NCBI GenBank assembly: GCA_047602425.1
Contig: JASGHG010000001.1
Location: 320,001-384,000 of the forward strand
DNA: 64,000 nt
Reading direction: 5' to 3'
DNA from: Nibricoccus sp.
GTDB lineage: Bacteria; Verrucomicrobiota; Verrucomicrobiia; Opitutales; Opitutaceae
The notes under the pieces are model-generated. The model was given only the letters and a program-made list of their open reading frames with translations. It was not told where the DNA came from and ran no database searches. The position numbers and the translations under genes were made by a program. Shown piece by piece: positions 59,564 through 64,000 of this stretch. Positions within the stretch are counted from its first letter, which is position 1. Each line of letters begins with the position of its first letter.

Positions 59564-59743
59564 ATGAAAAAAACTCCCATCATCACATATCTCGTTCTCG
59601 AAACCGCGCCCCGCACTGAAACCGGAGCTTACAACATCGGCTGGCCTCCCGCTCCCGATTTGGTTGAGGCGTCCGAACAGAGTAGCTGGCCCGAAAACAT
59701 CACAGCCTTCGTCAACGCCGCTGACAGCCCCTCTGCCTCATGA
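59564..59743 (+). CDS. Small hypothetical protein
   Basis: 59-aa ORF whose stop overlaps the next start (ATGA at 59740-59743). Confidence 0.45.
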   Translation: MKKTPIITYLVLETAPRTETGAYNIGWPPAPDLVEASEQSSWPENITAFVNAADSPSAS

Positions 59744-60279
59744 GTATTTGCGAATCGAATTCCGTTCCTCCCTTTGGCTCCGAGTCGTTTTCAACCGCGA
59801 ACGGTGACCTTACCAAACCGCCAAAAATTCTGCTCAACATATTGGTGGTGGACGACGATGACGCCGTGCGAAATGTATTGGCCAGCGTACTACGTCGGGC
59901 CTCGTACACGGTGGACTGCGCGAGTGATGGCGAGGAGGCCTGGCGCTTGCTCACCACCGGCGACTACGATGGCATGGTGACCGACAACGAAATGCCACGG
60001 ATGTCCGGTTTGGAACTTGTGCGACGCTTGCGGGCCCTTCCGTCAAACCTGCCGGTCATCCTGATTTCCGGTCGCATGCCCGGTAGTGAGGAGGAATTGG
60101 AAGAGTTGATCTCGCCCGGCATGGCCTTGGACAAACCTTTTTCTTTCGACAAATTACTCGCCGCGGTTTGCACCGTCTTCACGCAAGAACGTCTTGCGAA
60201 CCCGGTTTTCAACGGACACGTCCCACAGCACGGCGCTCACGCCCGTTTTGCCGCCAACCGAACAACGATAAACCGCTAG
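59740..60279 (+). CDS. Single-domain response regulator
   Basis: ILVVDDD, TDNEMP..SG, ISG, KPF. Confidence 0.85.
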   Translation: MSICESNSVPPFGSESFSTANGDLTKPPKILLNILVVDDDDAVRNVLASVLRRASYTVDCASDGEEAWRLLTTGDYDGMVTDNEMPRMSGLELVRRLRALPSNLPVILISGRMPGSEEELEELISPGMALDKPFSFDKLLAAVCTVFTQERLANPVFNGHVPQHGAHARFAANRTTINR

Positions 60280-60411
60280 ACGACAGCGTTTCCAGAGGGA
60301 GCAGAGCTAAAATTTTTCCTATCGCGGGAGCGGCGCAGCGAGGTTGTCACGAGGGATGTGCGATGACGCGCTGGTCCGTTGCAGCTTTGCGGCAAGGTGT
60401 CATATTGTCCG

Positions 60412-61791
60412 ATGAGAAACGAACGAGACTCGATGGGAGAAATGTCCGTGCCCGACTCCGCGCTCTACGGAGCCTCGACGCAACGCGCCGCACTGAATTT
60501 CCCGATTAGCGGCCACAGGATGCCCGAAGCGTTTATCCGCGGCCTTGGACTGGTGAAGTTTGCCTGCGCCTCCGCAAATGCGGAACTCCGGTTGCTCAGC
60601 CCGGAAAAAACCCGCCTGATCCAGCAGGTTTCGCAGGAAATCGTCGCAGGCGGACTTCACGAACATTTTCCCATCGACATCTTTCAAACGGGCTCCGGCA
60701 CTTCGACCAATACCAATATCAATGAAGTGATCGCCAATCGCGCGAGCCAGTTAAGTGGCCTGCCGATCGGTTCGAAAAAGCCCCTGCATCCCAACGATGA
60801 CGTGAACCTCGGCCAATCGTCGAACGATGTCATGCCGACCGCCCTCCATGTGAGCGTGGCGCTCGCACTCAAAGAGACATTGCGGCCGGCCCTGGAATAC
60901 CTGAAGAACGAATTGGTTTGGCGCTCCTGGGCTTTCAACGGCGTGGTGAAAATCGGCCGGACGCATCTCATGGATGCCACACCACTGACATTGGGACAGG
61001 AGTTTTCCGGTTACGCAGCCCAGGTTGGAAAAGCCGTCGAACGCGTGGACAAGGCAATGGCCGCCCTGCTGGAACTCGCCCTCGGAGGCACCGCGGTCGG
61101 CACGGGACTGAACTGTCATCCGGAATTCGCCGCAAAAACCTGTCACATCCTCCGGGAACAGACCGGCCTCCATTTTGTGGAAGCGCACAATCACTTTGAA
61201 GCACAGGCCGCGCGCGACGATGCGGTGGAGGTTGCCGGCCACCTTGCCACCATCGCCGCAAGTCTGACGAAAATCGCGAATGACATCCGCCTGCTCGGTT
61301 CGGGCCCGCGCAGCGGAATTGCCGAAATCCGTCTGCCCGCGACCCAGCCCGGGAGCTCCATCATGCCCGGCAAAGTGAATCCGGTGATGAGCGAAATGCT
61401 CGTGCAAGTTTGCCTCTATGTCCAAGGTTTGGCGCAAACGGTGGTGATGTGCGGACGCGACGGACATTTCGAGCTCAACGCGACCATTCCTCTCATCGCA
61501 TACTCCCTGCACGAGGCAATCCGTTGCCTGGGCCGCGGAGCCCGCATTTTTGCCGAAAAGTGCGTCCACGGCATTGAGGCCGATGCAGAACACTGCGCCC
61601 AACTGGTGCAGCGCTCCCTCATGCTGGTGACAGCGTTGAATCCATATATCGGATACGATCAGGCGGCGGCGGTGGCCAAGGAGGCCTTCAATACCAATCG
61701 GACCTTGCGAGAAGTCGTGCTCGAAAAAACGTTATTGGATGCCGCCACGCTCGACCGCGCGCTTGATCCCAAAAACATGACCAAGGCGTAA
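60412..61791 (+). CDS. fumC: Class II fumarate hydratase
   Basis: RNERDSMG, QTGSGT, HPNDDVN.GQSSND, GRTHLMDA, GSSIMPGKVNP. Confidence 0.93.
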   Translation: MRNERDSMGEMSVPDSALYGASTQRAALNFPISGHRMPEAFIRGLGLVKFACASANAELRLLSPEKTRLIQQVSQEIVAGGLHEHFPIDIFQTGSGTSTNTNINEVIANRASQLSGLPIGSKKPLHPNDDVNLGQSSNDVMPTALHVSVALALKETLRPALEYLKNELVWRSWAFNGVVKIGRTHLMDATPLTLGQEFSGYAAQVGKAVERVDKAMAALLELALGGTAVGTGLNCHPEFAAKTCHILREQTGLHFVEAHNHFEAQAARDDAVEVAGHLATIAASLTKIANDIRLLGSGPRSGIAEIRLPATQPGSSIMPGKVNPVMSEMLVQVCLYVQGLAQTVVMCGRDGHFELNATIPLIAYSLHEAIRCLGRGARIFAEKCVHGIEADAEHCAQLVQRSLMLVTALNPYIGYDQAAAVAKEAFNTNRTLREVVLEKTLLDAATLDRALDPKNMTKA

Positions 61792-61978
61792 TCGTCCGCC
61801 GCCGGCCGTACGTTCGCGCCAGAGCTGTTCCGGATCGCCGGTCAATCGATTCCCGCTGATTCAGGGACGGGTAATACCCCATGGCCGGTTTGCGCTGGGT
61901 AAGTGATACTCAATCGGCATCGAAGAAACTGGCGGCGGGTTTCTGCAATGAAACATGTAAATTCCAAAACCAACCGCC

Positions 61979-62668
61979 ATGTCTCCAAGCACCGCACCTG
62001 CCCTCTCCCGCTCCCTTGTCCACGCAGGCCGTGTCGTCCGACCGGAACTTCTCGATCGACTGCCGCAGGATTCATCCGCCGCCATCAGTTCGCGGCGCGA
62101 TTTGCGGATCATCAACCGCGTCCTTGGGAATATCGCCTGGTTCCGGCAAACCCTGCGGCAACAACATCGGTCGGGCGAAAAGCTTTTGGAGATCGGTGCG
62201 GGAGATGGGACGCTGGGGGAAACCCTCCGGCCGATCGTCTCCGGGCTGGCCGGCCTTGACCTGGTTCGTCGGCCGAGTGCCTGGCCGCTCGATGCAAGTT
62301 GGTTCGAAACCGATGTGTTCGATTTTGCAGGCTGGGCCGATTTCCCAATTGTGATCGGTAATCTGTTTTTTCATCACTTCGACTCGTCGGAGCTTTCGCG
62401 TCTCGGCGTATTTTTGAATGAGCATGCCCGGCTGATCGTCGCGAGCGAGCCCCTGCGTACTCGCCGCACCCAGCGACTTTTTTCGCTTTTATGTACCCTC
62501 GTTCGGGCTCATCCGGTAACCCGGCACGACGGACATGTGAGCATCGAAGCAGGTTTTCGCACGGATGAACTGCCACGCCTCCTTTGTATCGATTCCAAGG
62601 TTTGGGAGTGGACTGTGGAGGAAACATCGATTGGTAGCTGTCGAATGGTTGCGAAGCGATGTCCATGA
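61979..62668 (+). CDS. SAM-dependent methyltransferase-like protein (type III PKS cluster)
   Basis: PELLD, DLRIINR, LEIGAGDG, NLFFHHF, HDG..SI. Confidence 0.8.
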   Translation: MSPSTAPALSRSLVHAGRVVRPELLDRLPQDSSAAISSRRDLRIINRVLGNIAWFRQTLRQQHRSGEKLLEIGAGDGTLGETLRPIVSGLAGLDLVRRPSAWPLDASWFETDVFDFAGWADFPIVIGNLFFHHFDSSELSRLGVFLNEHARLIVASEPLRTRRTQRLFSLLCTLVRAHPVTRHDGHVSIEAGFRTDELPRLLCIDSKVWEWTVEETSIGSCRMVAKRCP

Positions 62669-63693
62669 GTACGCCGCAGCCAGTTAGAATCGTCGGCGGC
62701 GGAGTGGCCGGACTCTCGCTTGGCATCGCCTTGCGCCGAGCAGAGATCCCGACGGAGATCTTCGAGGCAGGTGACTATCCGCGCCATCGTGTTTGCGGCG
62801 AATTCATCGCCGGATTAAGCGACGATACGATCAAACTGCTGGGAATAAGGCCTATCTTCGCCGGGGCCGTGGTTCATAGGAGCGTGACTTGGTTCGTGCA
62901 GGAACGCCCTGTCGGTCGACAGAAACTTCCCTCTCCCGCCCTGGGTCTCAGTCGTTTTGCCCTGGATGACAGGCTGGCAACCCTTTTCGTGGCAGAGGGA
63001 GGAATTCTCTCGGTTAAAACACGTTTCAAATCCACAACTCCTGAAGAAGGCGTGGTGTGGGCGTGCGGCCATCGGAACGGCGAAGGGTCACCTTGGCTGG
63101 GACTAAAACTACATGCGCGCGATTTAACGGTGGAGGGTGGACTCGAACTTCACCTTGGAGAAGGCGCGTACGTCGGCTTGTCGTCGGTCGAGGACGGTTG
63201 GGTGAATGTCTGCGGACTATTTCGCCGCCGGCGCTGTCTCTCGTTCGCCCGCGGCGATGCCTTATCCGCGTATCTGGTCGCGTGCGGACTGGATGCCTTA
63301 GCCGAACGCCTTGAAAGCGCCAAAATTCGGCCCGAATCGAGATGCGCGGTTGCGGGGCTGAGTTTCGACCAACGAGTCAAAGAAGATGTGCACTTGCGGC
63401 TCGGGGACGCGTGCGCGATGACACCGCCTTTCACCGGGAATGGCATGGCCATGGCTTTCACGAGTGCATCCCTGGCGGTTGCACCGCTTGTCCGCTGGGC
63501 ACGAGGAGAACAGACCTGGGCCACCACCAAGCACAAGATCCACGAACTCCTTCGTGATAAATTTCGCGTGCGGCTGGTCAGTGCGGCGACGCTGCATCCC
63601 TTCCTCACGAATCGCACCCTGCAATCTCCCTTGAAGCGCATCAAACACGCCGAGCTGCTTCCTCTAACCACGCTGTATCGTCTCACGCATTGA
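62665..63693 (+). CDS. FAD-dependent oxidoreductase (type III PKS cluster)
   Basis: IVGGGVAG, HRVCGEF, SR..LD, GDA...PFTGNGM; ATGA overlap with the upstream gene. Confidence 0.88.
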   Translation: MSTPQPVRIVGGGVAGLSLGIALRRAEIPTEIFEAGDYPRHRVCGEFIAGLSDDTIKLLGIRPIFAGAVVHRSVTWFVQERPVGRQKLPSPALGLSRFALDDRLATLFVAEGGILSVKTRFKSTTPEEGVVWACGHRNGEGSPWLGLKLHARDLTVEGGLELHLGEGAYVGLSSVEDGWVNVCGLFRRRRCLSFARGDALSAYLVACGLDALAERLESAKIRPESRCAVAGLSFDQRVKEDVHLRLGDACAMTPPFTGNGMAMAFTSASLAVAPLVRWARGEQTWATTKHKIHELLRDKFRVRLVSAATLHPFLTNRTLQSPLKRIKHAELLPLTTLYRLTH

Positions 63694-63706
63694 CGATCCC
63701 CCCGCC

Positions 63707-64000
63707 ATGTACCTGCACGCCCTCGCCACCGCCCTCCCTCCGGCAAGATTCACCCAAGAGGAATGCTGGGCCATGTTCGAGCGGTCCGAGGCGAAGCACC
63801 GGTTGACGCGCCGCTCCGCGCTCATCCTCCAAGCCATCCTCCGGCATGACAGCGGCGTTTCCACGCGGCATTTTGCCCTGCCCGATCTCGAGCGTGTTTT
63901 TTCGCTCACAGCCGACGAACTTAACGAGGCCTTTCGCATGGAGGCTCCGCGTCTGGCAGCCCGTGCGCTAACCTCCGCACTGAACCAAGCCGCGCTCACT
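63707..64000 (+). CDS. Type III polyketide synthase, 3'-truncated by the window edge
   Basis: Open frame MYLHALATALPPARFTQEE...DSGVSTRHF...LAARALTSAL, matching the N-terminus of chalcone-synthase-like enzymes; not in the ORF track because it has no stop in the window. Confidence 0.75.
   Translation, partial: MYLHALATALPPARFTQEECWAMFERSEAKHRLTRRSALILQAILRHDSGVSTRHFALPDLERVFSLTADELNEAFRMEAPRLAARALTSALNQAALT

Overview
GC-rich bacterial chromosome segment, most likely Verrucomicrobiota (Opitutaceae-like; inferred from gene content and intergenic repeat style). Housekeeping genes (xerC-like recombinase, mazG, trpC, rsmA, rmuC, purM, purF, efp, typA, trpA, fumC) are interspersed with scattered secreted carbohydrate-active enzymes (GH28, GH105, GH3, GH27, SGNH) and several accessory modules. 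These include an IS481 sitting at the centre of nested inverted repeats, an IS3 that splits an MBL-fold nuclease gene (3-bp TSD), an IS110 remnant, and a Sec-exported Rhs protein with a papain-like C-terminal domain, its putative immunity gene and a CxxC-less thioredoxin-fold partner. There is also a four-gene signalling operon containing a catalytically dead ketoacyl synthase and a pseudo-kinase, a lone OLD-type ATPase-TOPRIM nuclease, and the start of a type III PKS cluster. The most striking unannotated feature is a ~0.9 kb non-coding stretch (about 44665-45550) packed with GNRA/UNCG-capped hairpins, long-range helices and a terminal rho-independent terminator, i.e. a large structured RNA, possibly MISL-type. 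Two single-base frameshifts (purF and an outer-membrane protein) may be sequencing errors. All calls come from reading the sequence by eye; no searches were run.
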